This document shows positions 24,101 through 30,880 of a DNA stretch of 30,880 bases, one piece after another. A model generated the notes under the pieces. That model did not search any database, was not told the origin of the DNA, and saw only the letters and a list, made by a program, of their open reading frames with translations. The stretch covers positions 1 through 30,880 of the forward strand of contig JBGSNL010000064.1 of assembly GCA_041739675.1 (NCBI GenBank). Reading direction: 5' to 3'. Every line of letters starts with the position of its first letter. Within the stretch, counting starts at the first letter, position 1. The position numbers and the translations under genes were made by a program. Origin of the DNA: a bacterium (GTDB lineage: Bacteria > UBA10199 > 2-02-FULL-44-16 > DYJF01).

Positions 24101-26478
24101 AGTATGACCTGTTTTTTGTCGCAAAGAGGTCTTGACTGTCCGGCAAAGGCGCCAGGCACTCCCGGGAAGAGATCGAGCTCAGCCGGGACGGTGTGCATGT
24201 CGCCCACGCATGGAGGCGGGAAGAGCATCGGGTTGGGCATGAATTCGTCGCCGAAGTCGACGTTCTTGTCCTCTTCCTTCACAAGCGAATATCCCCTCGG
24301 CAGAACTGCCTCGACTATGTACGTGTCATTGGGAAGGCCCATGACCTCTGCGCTCCCTGAATCGATGCCGCCGGGGAAATAGGACGTGAAGCCGTAGCCG
24401 CCGTCGAAGACGCCTGGGCGGACCTGATTGAAGACCCACATACTGTCGAAGCAGTCGACCGCGTTGCCGTGCGACATGAAGTCAGCACCGACGCAGCCGG
24501 TCGGCAAATTATCGTCCCAGCTGTCCGTTGTGACGGATGCTATCGCATCGCCGTAATCAAGACGGCCGTTGCGGTTCCTGTCCGTATCTTCAGAACCGGG
24601 GAAGTTGCCGAACGGATACTGATCGGCATCGGCGAGTGTCACGGAACCGTTGCCATTCAAATCGTCGATGACGCTGTCTGCATCCGAATCCATGTACAGA
24701 TTGATAGGAACGCGCGGGATGCCGGGCTGCCACGGTTCGGGGGCATTGTAGCGCGGATCGTTTTCCGCGCGCGTCGTGTCATAATATACGACGCCGGTGA
24801 CTCCGCCGTTTTCGCCCATGGCGTACGCGGTTTTTCCCCACTCGATCACGCTGTACTGGCCGATTGTTCCTATGAAAGATTGCAGCAGGTATGCCGAGCC
24901 CTCCATTCCCGTGGGGTCAAATTCAGTTCGGAAAGGAAGCCCTGCGTTATCGGGCTGGTTCTGCGGGAAGAGGAAGCCTCCGAATGTGCAGTCTCCTCCC
25001 GGAAACACATCCTGAAACGCGCTGCAATCGCTGGCTGCAAAAACGTCGCCGCCGTTATCGACAACGGCTGTGAAACCCGTTGCCTTGAAGCGCGCGAAAT
25101 CGACTTCGGAAATTAAGAAATTGAAGAACGGAAACACTTCGTCGAACGGCAGATAACCTTCAAGATCGGTGGTTGATGTCTGATAAACGGTTCCATCTCT
25201 GAAGCGGTGATTGACGGTGACGTTTGGAATACCGACCTCGCCCGGATCCCTGAAGCCGTTCGCATTGTCATCCTGAAAGACGTAATATCTCATGCCCGTG
25301 AACCACGGAAATACAGGTACGTCGCCGATATTTACTACGCCGCCGCCGTCGGGCACGGTGACTGTGGCAAAATGTATGATGAGATCGTTGTGTTCATCCC
25401 ATACGACCAGCTGCCACAAACCGGGAGGCAGCTGCGGTATCGTGAAGGTGCCGTCTTCATTTGCCATCGCTGCATAGACGCCGAAGCCGCCTATCTCGTT
25501 CACACCTATCCACGGTATCGTGTAATCGAAAGGCGCGCCGGGAGTGAAGACTGTCTGATCGGGGCTGCCAAGGCGCAATGTCACGATTCGGCCGGTGACA
25601 TCGGCCGCAACTTGCGGGGCGACAGGAGCGGGAATGGAGTTAAACGCCCTCACGAAACCCATGAACACGTGAGGCAGCACCGGACCGAATTCCTGCAGAA
25701 ACGCCGGCTCGTTCGACTTGACCCACACGTCTATACCCTTTGTTCCTTCTATGGTCGTTGTCTGGCTCCAGCCCAGGCCCGCGGGGGGTTTTACAAAAAT
25801 CGTATATTTGCCCGGGGCAAGATTTTTGAAAACAGCTTCGCCATTGACGTCGGTCAAAAGGTAACCCAGTCCCATCATTATTATGTCGCCGTTGGCATCA
25901 TATGTTGTTCCCAAAGGATTGCCGAACGTGTCTGACATCATCTGTCCGCCGGAGATTCCGTACCTTCCGCCGGCATCAACGAGCGTGACGGTGAATCCCT
26001 CAAGCCCTGCCTCCTGCGGGAGGTCGGGCGTGTTGTTTATGGGCATCTTGTCTTCAAATACGAGGACCGAAATTTGCGCGGTCGGCAGCGGGAGCTTGTT
26101 GACGACTATCCGCACGGAGCTTTTCCCCGCGGCAAGGGGCGCACCGCCTATGGAGTAGCCCGCCTTGGGAAGCACAGAGACGAAATATTTTTTTGAAGGG
26201 TTCAGTGCGAGTCTCGTGGGCGGGCTCGTCTCGTCGCCCGTCGCCAGGATGGGCATGTAGCTGGTGTGGAAGCGCGCGGAGAGCGGCACCGGTTCGATGA
26301 CGCCAGGCACGACGTTGTGCGTCGCGTCCTCCTCAACGGTCCAGTAGTATCTGGCAACCGCCGTGCCGTCGGAGCCCACTACATTAATACTGAGCGCGCC
26401 GGCATTTGTGGCGAGAAGTGAGGCAACCAAAAAAGCCGCGGCCAACACCAGATGCCTCAAGATGTTTTGAGTTCTCAT
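21184..26478 (-). CDS. Giant secreted multidomain protein (~1764 aa): SdrD-B/prealbumin-like repeats, IPT/TIG, parallel beta-helix, choice-of-anchor-Q-like and Big_9 domains
   Basis: ATG 26478 follows an AAGGAG RBS and opens a signal peptide (MRTQNILRHLVLAAAFLVASLLATNAGA). Motifs include VF.D...NG..DPGE.GIP.VTV, SIQAAIDAA..GD.I.VPPG.Y.E, GSPAIDTG...DIGADE and a C-terminal NDTDSDG domain. Confidence 0.88.
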   Translation of the reverse strand: MRTQNILRHLVLAAAFLVASLLATNAGALSINVVGSDGTAVARYYWTVEEDATHNVVPGVIEPVPLSARFHTSYMPILATGDETSPPTRLALNPSKKYFVSVLPKAGYSIGGAPLAAGKSSVRIVVNKLPLPTAQISVLVFEDKMPINNTPDLPQEAGLEGFTVTLVDAGGRYGISGGQMMSDTFGNPLGTTYDANGDIIMMGLGYLLTDVNGEAVFKNLAPGKYTIFVKPPAGLGWSQTTTIEGTKGIDVWVKSNEPAFLQEFGPVLPHVFMGFVRAFNSIPAPVAPQVAADVTGRIVTLRLGSPDQTVFTPGAPFDYTIPWIGVNEIGGFGVYAAMANEDGTFTIPQLPPGLWQLVVWDEHNDLIIHFATVTVPDGGGVVNIGDVPVFPWFTGMRYYVFQDDNANGFRDPGEVGIPNVTVNHRFRDGTVYQTSTTDLEGYLPFDEVFPFFNFLISEVDFARFKATGFTAVVDNGGDVFAASDCSAFQDVFPGGDCTFGGFLFPQNQPDNAGLPFRTEFDPTGMEGSAYLLQSFIGTIGQYSVIEWGKTAYAMGENGGVTGVVYYDTTRAENDPRYNAPEPWQPGIPRVPINLYMDSDADSVIDDLNGNGSVTLADADQYPFGNFPGSEDTDRNRNGRLDYGDAIASVTTDSWDDNLPTGCVGADFMSHGNAVDCFDSMWVFNQVRPGVFDGGYGFTSYFPGGIDSGSAEVMGLPNDTYIVEAVLPRGYSLVKEEDKNVDFGDEFMPNPMLFPPPCVGDMHTVPAELDLFPGVPGAFAGQSRPLCDKKQVILNEAQNSAADFYTFTKAPVAGHIIGLCLDDLSNEFDPTSPNFGEKYAPPFLPIAVKDWTGREIARTYTDEWGKYNLLVPSTYTINTPSPSGVSASMLLISMNDPGPIPNPADSTKMIDDPFFNPHYIQVAYTLQFMPGATTYLDTPVFPAVAYPAQDQFPADCEPIDKTPVIYSVDGTTGGPYSSGTAQNVTIRSVGSVFVENPLYDGPNGTNPQKTVKRDYGFGNIRGSVSINGAALENVSWSNGTIRGKIAAGTTTGQLVVTRGDSLRSTIAGVTFTIGGTSPRYVSPGGSIQAAIDAANAGDLILVPPGIYRELVVMWKPVRLQGYGEGSTRINGAKSPPEKVQQWRDRIEALVTLDPLYLLPGQTIPAGGIDGVNPFGGEGMVVTVLAREGEFGVGGIPNARIDGFYITGGDFASGLFVNGRAHYLQITNNRFSFNQGTYGGAIRSGNPTLLNLGDYVPAGNDHLKIAHNRITQNRGVDFAGGGISLYSGSDNYEISDSFICGNFSDGSGGGIGHLGLSNGGLIKDNYIVFNQSFDQGTIQAGGGIFIAGAAPIAPATLTHGSGSVKIVNNLIQGNMAGAGDGGGIRLASVNGEDVAASPDDMTPWYSVDILNNNIVNNLTGLAGAGISLQDAAKVNIIHNTITNNDSTATSGEAFAGGLFDPANLNESLPWPAGIAARAHTAALAGAIGAVDPLFATFSNPHLENDIIWHNRSFYFVNQVAGIRLLPDIGLGDPAVYNDLQVLGTGAADVMNPMNCILTDATGYDASNVAADPAFMSEYTNGARNKILNMALASSIEVQPAFDEGGNFIDVRFGPLTLTGNYHIELGSPAIDTGDVLFDAAFAELVLDFDRQTRPNAATQVDIGADEQYPPNVPPLARYDSVSTKKNTAKIINVLANDTDSDGTIPLNSVTVVQAPRFGTATVNAATGRITYTPKRNFVGADYFYYSVWDNLLATSNWARVTVRVVR

Positions 26479-26526
26479 ACCGAACTCCTTTCTCGACAAA
26501 GTACAAGAATCGGGTTTCATGTGACA

Positions 26527-26580
26527 ATGATACAGCCTCATCTCTTTAAGAAGAATTGCCTCACTCCCTTTTTTTCTGAT
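26527..26580 (-). promoter_or_regulatory. Regulon promoter 3 (giant protein / MCO operon)
   Basis: Minus strand ATCAGAAAAAAAGGGAG (26564-26580), then TATCAT (26527-26532). Confidence 0.65.
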
Positions 26581-26596
26581 CTTTTTCCACCAGAGG

Positions 26597-26761
26597 TTAG
26601 CAAAACTCCGTGGGTTCTTCGGAAGGGCCGTAACCGGTCTCTTCCTCGTCGGAAGATGCGAAGAGTTGACACGCAGATTTGTCAACGCTGCCGAAACCGG
26701 CCGAAAAGACGGCACCGATTACCGCCGCGATTACTATATAAATGAAGAAACGTTGCTTCAT
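26597..26761 (-). CDS. Small exported peptide, 54 aa (not in ORF track)
   Basis: My translation: MKQRFFIYIVIAAVIGAVFSAGFGSVDKSACQLFASSDEEETGYGPSEEPTEFC*. Upstream AAGGAGG and a signal-peptide-like N-terminus. Confidence 0.6.
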   Translation of the reverse strand: MKQRFFIYIVIAAVIGAVFSAGFGSVDKSACQLFASSDEEETGYGPSEEPTEFC

Positions 26762-26779
26762 AAAGAAGCGTCCCCTCCT

Positions 26780-26923
26780 TTAAAACAGCAGGTTTATGAA
26801 GTGATGTTGTTTGAAATCCATACATTTCGCGAGGAAGTGCAGGTACTTTATGAACCCGAACGCACCTATGAACATCACCGGATGACATATTATGTGTCTT
26901 GTTTTTATGACTCCCAGCACCAT
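26780..26923 (-). CDS. Small His/Cys-containing protein, 47 aa (not in ORF track)
   Basis: My translation: MVLGVIKTRHIICHPVMFIGAFGFIKYLHFLAKCMDFKQHHFINLLF*. GAGGTG RBS, and it lies directly behind regulon promoter 4. Confidence 0.6.
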   Translation of the reverse strand: MVLGVIKTRHIICHPVMFIGAFGFIKYLHFLAKCMDFKQHHFINLLF

Positions 26924-26972
26924 AACTCTCACCTCATTTCCTTTTCAAACATCCTGCCCAACATCTGCCTTA

Positions 26973-27026
26973 ATGATACAGCGCGCTCCGATTTTACGGG
27001 ATTGCGCCGCTCCACTTTTTTCTACC
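26973..27026 (-). promoter_or_regulatory. Regulon promoter 4 (small ORFs)
   Basis: Minus strand GGTAGAAAAAAGTGGAG (27010-27026), then TATCAT (26973-26978). Confidence 0.65.
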
Positions 27027-27083
27027 CTTTTTATGCGTGTTTCAGGCCTGTTTCCGCCTGCAGCTGATTTTTTTCCACTTATG

Positions 27084-27491
27084 CTACTTGCTTTTGCGGT
27101 GGCCGTTTGTGGCCTTGCGGATTGCCGCCAGGAGGGAACTTATGCTGATGGGTTTGGACATTACATGGTGGGCCGTTCCGAGGATTTTGCACTCGTCGTC
27201 ATCATCGCAACTGTTCTCCTTGAAATTATCTATGACGTCGGTCTGGCTTGAGCAGACGATGACGTGAAGGTCTTTTTTGTTCTCCTTAATCTCTTTCAAC
27301 AGGTCGGTGCCGGAGAGACCCGGAAGCTTCAGATCGAGAACAACGGCGTCATAGTCGGCCTCGTCGATCTTCTCAGCGGCATCCAAGCCGTCGTAGGAGG
27401 TCTCGACGTTATAGCCCTCGTAGCGGAGGGCGTCGGCGACTTCTTCGCAGAACTCCTTGTCGTCGTCGACTATGAGGACCTTTTTCTTCAT
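27084..27491 (-). CDS. Single-domain response regulator (receiver)
   Basis: VLIVDDD, VLDLKLPG (phospho-Asp), CSS and SKP motifs. GAGGAG RBS. Confidence 0.92.
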   Translation of the reverse strand: MKKKVLIVDDDKEFCEEVADALRYEGYNVETSYDGLDAAEKIDEADYDAVVLDLKLPGLSGTDLLKEIKENKKDLHVIVCSSQTDVIDNFKENSCDDDDECKILGTAHHVMSKPISISSLLAAIRKATNGHRKSK

Positions 27492-27514
27492 TTTACTCCT
27501 CTTTGCCTGTTCTA

Positions 27515-27569
27515 ATGATACATGAAAGACGCACCTTTCTTATATGGCTTATCTCCACTTTTTTCTGCC
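27515..27569 (-). promoter_or_regulatory. Regulon promoter 5
   Basis: Minus strand GGCAGAAAAAAGTGGAG (27553-27569), then TATCAT (27515-27520). Confidence 0.62.
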
Positions 27570-27600
27570 ATTTATTCACATTTCTAATTTTTTCGCTTTT

Positions 27601-27996
27601 TTACGGCCGGTTCATCGCGGATTTGACCGCCTTGAGGAGCTTCGCCATCTCGAACGGCTTGGAAAGAACGCCGTCGGCGAGTCTCAAAAGGTCGTTTCTC
27701 TTGGCCAACGCCCCGTTATCGCTTTTTATGACGTCGCCGTCGATGGGCATCCCCGTGACCGCGATGATATGCACCTGTTTTTTCATCTCCCTCACGCCCT
27801 TCAATATGTCGAGGCCGTTCATGCCGGGAAGCCTCACGTCCAGAAGCACCAGATCGTAATTGTTATCCCTTATGTGAGCATAGCCCTCTAGGCCGTCATT
27901 GACCACACTCACATCATAGCCCTCGTCACGAAGTGCCTCGGATATCTCGGCGCACATCTCTAGATCGTCGTCGACCAGAAGGATAGTGTTTCTCAT
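27601..27996 (-). CDS. Single-domain response regulator (receiver)
   Basis: ILLVDDD, LLDVRLPG, VTG and SKPF motifs. ATGA-coupled to the kinase. Confidence 0.93.
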   Translation of the reverse strand: MRNTILLVDDDLEMCAEISEALRDEGYDVSVVNDGLEGYAHIRDNNYDLVLLDVRLPGMNGLDILKGVREMKKQVHIIAVTGMPIDGDVIKSDNGALAKRNDLLRLADGVLSKPFEMAKLLKAVKSAMNRP

Positions 27997-30245
27997 ATCG
28001 CACCTCTCTCTATGGGCAAAGACAACCTCACGATTGTCCCCACGCCCACTTCGCTGTCGATCTCAAGCCTGCCGCCGTGCATGGCCACGAGCTCCGAGCA
28101 TATCGTGAGCCCCAGGCCCGTTCCCCTCGATTTCGTCGTGTAGAAAGGCTCGAAGATCCTTCCGATATCCTCTTTGCGTATCCCGGCGCCGTTATCCTTT
28201 ATCACAATATCGACAAATCCGCCGCTGTCCCTGGAAGCCGTGACCTCTATTGTGCCCCCTTCGTTGGGCAGAGCCTGAAATGCGTTGCCGATGATATTGT
28301 TGAAAACCTCTCTCAACTGCAGTTGGTCGGCCTCGATGACCGTGCTTCTCAGAATGTCGTATTTCTTGTCGACGGCCGCTTTCTTCTCTCTGAAAATCGC
28401 CGAAGATGTGCCTATGCTCTCGTCCAGGACCTTGTCGATCCGTGTCTTTTCAAAATTGGGCTTCTTGATCTTCGAATAGAAAAGGAGATTGTTGATGATG
28501 AGGTTGCTCTCGGCGACCTTCTTTTCTATGCGCTCGAAATGCTTATCGAGCTCGGCAGACACCTTTTTTCTCCTCATGTTCTCGACGGCCAGCTGGATCA
28601 CGCCCAGCGGGTTTCTGAGCTCGTGGGCCACGGTGGAGGCCAGAGTGCCTATGTCGGAGAGGCGCTTCACCGTCATAAGCTCGTCGGTCCGCTGTTTGAC
28701 CCTCCGCTCGAGCTCCTCGTAAAACTTCTTCAGCTCCAGCTCCGCCTCTTTGCGCTCGGTGATGTCGTGTGTTATGCCGAACCCCCCCATGAGCTGGCCG
28801 TTCTCGTCGAACTCAAGATAAGCCTTCTCACGAACCCACCTGATCTCATCAGCAACAACTATTCTATGCTCGATGTCGTAGGGTTCGCCCGACAGACCTG
28901 CTTTCCATTTCTTGTCCACGTATTCGCGATCGTCGGGATGAATCGTCGAAAGAAACGTCTCGTAGGCCAGGGGCGTTCCCTTCGGGATGCCGAATATCCT
29001 GTGGTTCTCGTCGGACCACGTAAGCTCATTTTTGTGAATGTTCAGTCTCCAGCTCCCGACTCCGCCCACGGTCTGCGCGCGATCCAGGTCCTCGCGGCTG
29101 GCCCTGAGTTCGTTCTCCGCCTTTTTCCGCTCTGTTATGTCGTGCGCCACGTGAACCGAGCCGATCCCCTTGCCTTCACTGTCAAGCAGTGCCACGGTGG
29201 TTACGAGAAAATCCCCACCCAAACGCTCCTCATGAATCTCAACCCCATGTTCTTTTCCGTCGGCAATTGTCAACAAATGCGGACAAAACTGTGGAGGCGA
29301 TTCCATGCCGTGCACGACTTTGTAGCATGTCTGCCCGATGCAGTTATCCGGCGTGCAATGCATTCGGTCGGCCATCGATTTGTTCACACGCAAGATGCGG
29401 TGATTATTGTCCAGAATCGCGATAAGATCGGGCACGCTGTCGAACGTGCGTTCCCATTCTTCTTTTGCGCGTTTCAGCTCGGCAGTTCGCTCTTCCACAC
29501 GGGCTTCGAGAGTGGCGAGCATCTCCTGCAACTCCTCTTCGGAGCGCTTTCTGTCCGTGATATCTATGCCCATTTCCATGATGAGAGGCGAGCCGTCGGC
29601 GTCCTTGAAAGGATAGTCGAAGATGTCATAATTGCGGCTGTCGGGGCCCTTCCATTCCCAGTGATGGGATGTGCCGGTTTCCATGGGTTTGTATGTCTCG
29701 CAATTTTCGCAGGGCTCCGTCCGCTTGAACAGGTATTCATAGCAAATCTTGCCTTCACAGTCTCCAAAACGCTCCCTGAAGAACCTGTTCGCAAAAAAGA
29801 ACCGGTAGTCCGGCGTCAAGAGGATGACATAAGCGGGCAGCATCTCAAGGACATCGTTGAACCGCTTCTTCTCAAATTTTAAATAGTCGCTGGTCCGGCG
29901 GAACATTCCGCCCACCCAGCTCATGAAAATCCCCATGCCGGTGAACAGTCCGAGACCTACGATATCGGCGATACCGTGGCTTGCGGGTGTCCCCTGCGCT
30001 GGGAGGATCCAAAAGACGGCGAGGATTGCCGAAGTGGCGGTGGTTGCCAGGCCCGGCCCCATGCCGGCGAAGAGGGCTGCGATCATGACGACAGGGTAGA
30101 AAGTGACGAAGTGAGGGAGCTCGCCGCCAGCGAGGCGGATGACCCCGATGCGGAAGAGCAAGGCGACCACGGGCGCGACCACGGCAAAACCATAGCGTGC
30201 CAACCAGTGGTCCCTTAGCCCCATGACTATTCTTTTTCCCGTCAT
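27993..30245 (-). CDS. Sensor histidine kinase: DUF4118-like TM domain, three PAS/PAC domains, HisKA and HATPase
   Basis: Four N-terminal TM helices, DITD/ERK PAC ends, AHELRNPL, NIIGNAFQA, DNGAGI, FEPFYTTK and GTGLGL. Confidence 0.95.
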   Translation of the reverse strand: MTGKRIVMGLRDHWLARYGFAVVAPVVALLFRIGVIRLAGGELPHFVTFYPVVMIAALFAGMGPGLATTATSAILAVFWILPAQGTPASHGIADIVGLGLFTGMGIFMSWVGGMFRRTSDYLKFEKKRFNDVLEMLPAYVILLTPDYRFFFANRFFRERFGDCEGKICYEYLFKRTEPCENCETYKPMETGTSHHWEWKGPDSRNYDIFDYPFKDADGSPLIMEMGIDITDRKRSEEELQEMLATLEARVEERTAELKRAKEEWERTFDSVPDLIAILDNNHRILRVNKSMADRMHCTPDNCIGQTCYKVVHGMESPPQFCPHLLTIADGKEHGVEIHEERLGGDFLVTTVALLDSEGKGIGSVHVAHDITERKKAENELRASREDLDRAQTVGGVGSWRLNIHKNELTWSDENHRIFGIPKGTPLAYETFLSTIHPDDREYVDKKWKAGLSGEPYDIEHRIVVADEIRWVREKAYLEFDENGQLMGGFGITHDITERKEAELELKKFYEELERRVKQRTDELMTVKRLSDIGTLASTVAHELRNPLGVIQLAVENMRRKKVSAELDKHFERIEKKVAESNLIINNLLFYSKIKKPNFEKTRIDKVLDESIGTSSAIFREKKAAVDKKYDILRSTVIEADQLQLREVFNNIIGNAFQALPNEGGTIEVTASRDSGGFVDIVIKDNGAGIRKEDIGRIFEPFYTTKSRGTGLGLTICSELVAMHGGRLEIDSEVGVGTIVRLSLPIERGAI

Positions 30246-30880
30246 TTTTGAGTTTTTTTTCTGTATTCCGACGGCGTCATTCCCTCGTGTTTTTTGAACG
30301 CCCTTATGAAGGACTCGACATTCTGATAACCCAGATTATCGGAGATCTGGTTCACGTTGTAGCCGGTTGTGGCGAGCCACCCCTTGGCTTTTTCTATTTT
30401 GATCTCCGATTTGTAATCGGAAAACCCCTTGCCTGTTTCCTGTCTGAATATTCTGCTCAAATATTTGGGCGAAAGCCCCACCGCTTTCGCCGCATCCTCA
30501 AGGCCGATCTTCTTGTGAAAATTTCTCTCGGCAAAGCGCTTCACGTGCTCAATCTTGCCTTTGATGTCCGCAGCCGAGAGATCGGGCTCCACCCCTGTGT
30601 CCTTGAGAAGGCGCAGTATAATGGAGTTCAGTCTGTCTAAGTTGATGGGTTTTTGGATGTAATCGTCGGCATGGCCCTTGAGCGCCGCGATCGCCACGTT
30701 TTCCGAAGAAAAACCTGTCGATATGATGATGCCGACTTTGGGCGCGATCTTTTTGAGCTCGACTAACGCATCTGTGCCCGACATGCCGGGCATCTTTACA
30801 TCCAGTATGATGAGATCCACTTCGTTGGGTTTCTTTAGGATGTCGAGCGCGGTCTGAGCGTCGCCCGCTTCCATCACGTC
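30242..30880 (-). CDS. Response regulator with receiver plus AraC-type HTH (5' end outside window)
   Basis: ILDVKMPG and YIQKP receiver motifs. AraC motifs LEDAAKAVGLSPKYLSRIF...ISDNLGY.N...F.RAFKK..GMTPSEYR. Confidence 0.93.
   Translation of the reverse strand, partial: DVMEAGDAQTALDILKKPNEVDLIILDVKMPGMSGTDALVELKKIAPKVGIIISTGFSSENVAIAALKGHADDYIQKPINLDRLNSIILRLLKDTGVEPDLSAADIKGKIEHVKRFAERNFHKKIGLEDAAKAVGLSPKYLSRIFRQETGKGFSDYKSEIKIEKAKGWLATTGYNVNQISDNLGYQNVESFIRAFKKHEGMTPSEYRKKTQK

Noticed and set aside
26479..26715. 79-aa N-terminal extension of the giant ORF
   Set aside because: The RBS and signal peptide begin at ATG 26478. The extension overlaps promoter 3 and the 54-aa ORF.
26600..26730. 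Possible riboswitch or structured leader (hairpins GTTGACA/TGTCAAC, TCTTCC/GGAAGA)
   Set aside because: No match to the cobalamin, c-di-GMP or other aptamer consensus I know. The region is better explained as a small CDS, and promoter 3 lies downstream of it.
28077..29882. 601-aa + strand ORF
   Set aside because: Antisense shadow of the histidine kinase with no recognisable motifs. Long antisense frames are common in GC-rich coding DNA.
11327..30880. Mobile element or prophage
   Set aside because: No integrase, transposase, phage gene, tRNA or att repeat is visible at the left boundary. The right boundary is outside the window.

Overview
Bacterial chromosomal window, probably deltaproteobacterial-type (inferred from gene content), with two parts. 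(1) 1-11230 is core genome. On the + strand: 3' end of argS, a SPOR protein, lepB, pyrR-pyrB-pyrC, an RpoH-type sigma factor, an AT-rich spacer carrying a dif-like Xer site plus an inverted copy of one arm, and an orphan squalene-hopene cyclase. These converge, across a REP-like palindrome cluster, on minus-strand recG-lipA-SRPBCC. (2) 11327-30880 is a ~19.5 kb all-minus-strand accessory locus: AraC response regulator, PAS histidine kinase, two stand-alone receivers, two small ORFs missed by the ORF track, a ~1764-aa secreted SdrD/beta-helix protein, three paralogous two-cupredoxin-domain proteins, a 140-aa protein, a lipoprotein subtilase and two beta-helix lipoproteins. The most striking feature is that the multicopper-oxidase copper ligands are partitioned among the three paralogs. 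A has the T1 site plus half of the trinuclear His set in domain 1, B has the other half in domain 2, and C has almost none. This suggests a heterotrimeric 'split' multicopper oxidase with a single composite active site. Five promoters in the locus share an operator-like motif at a fixed distance from a -10 hexamer, defining a probable regulon.
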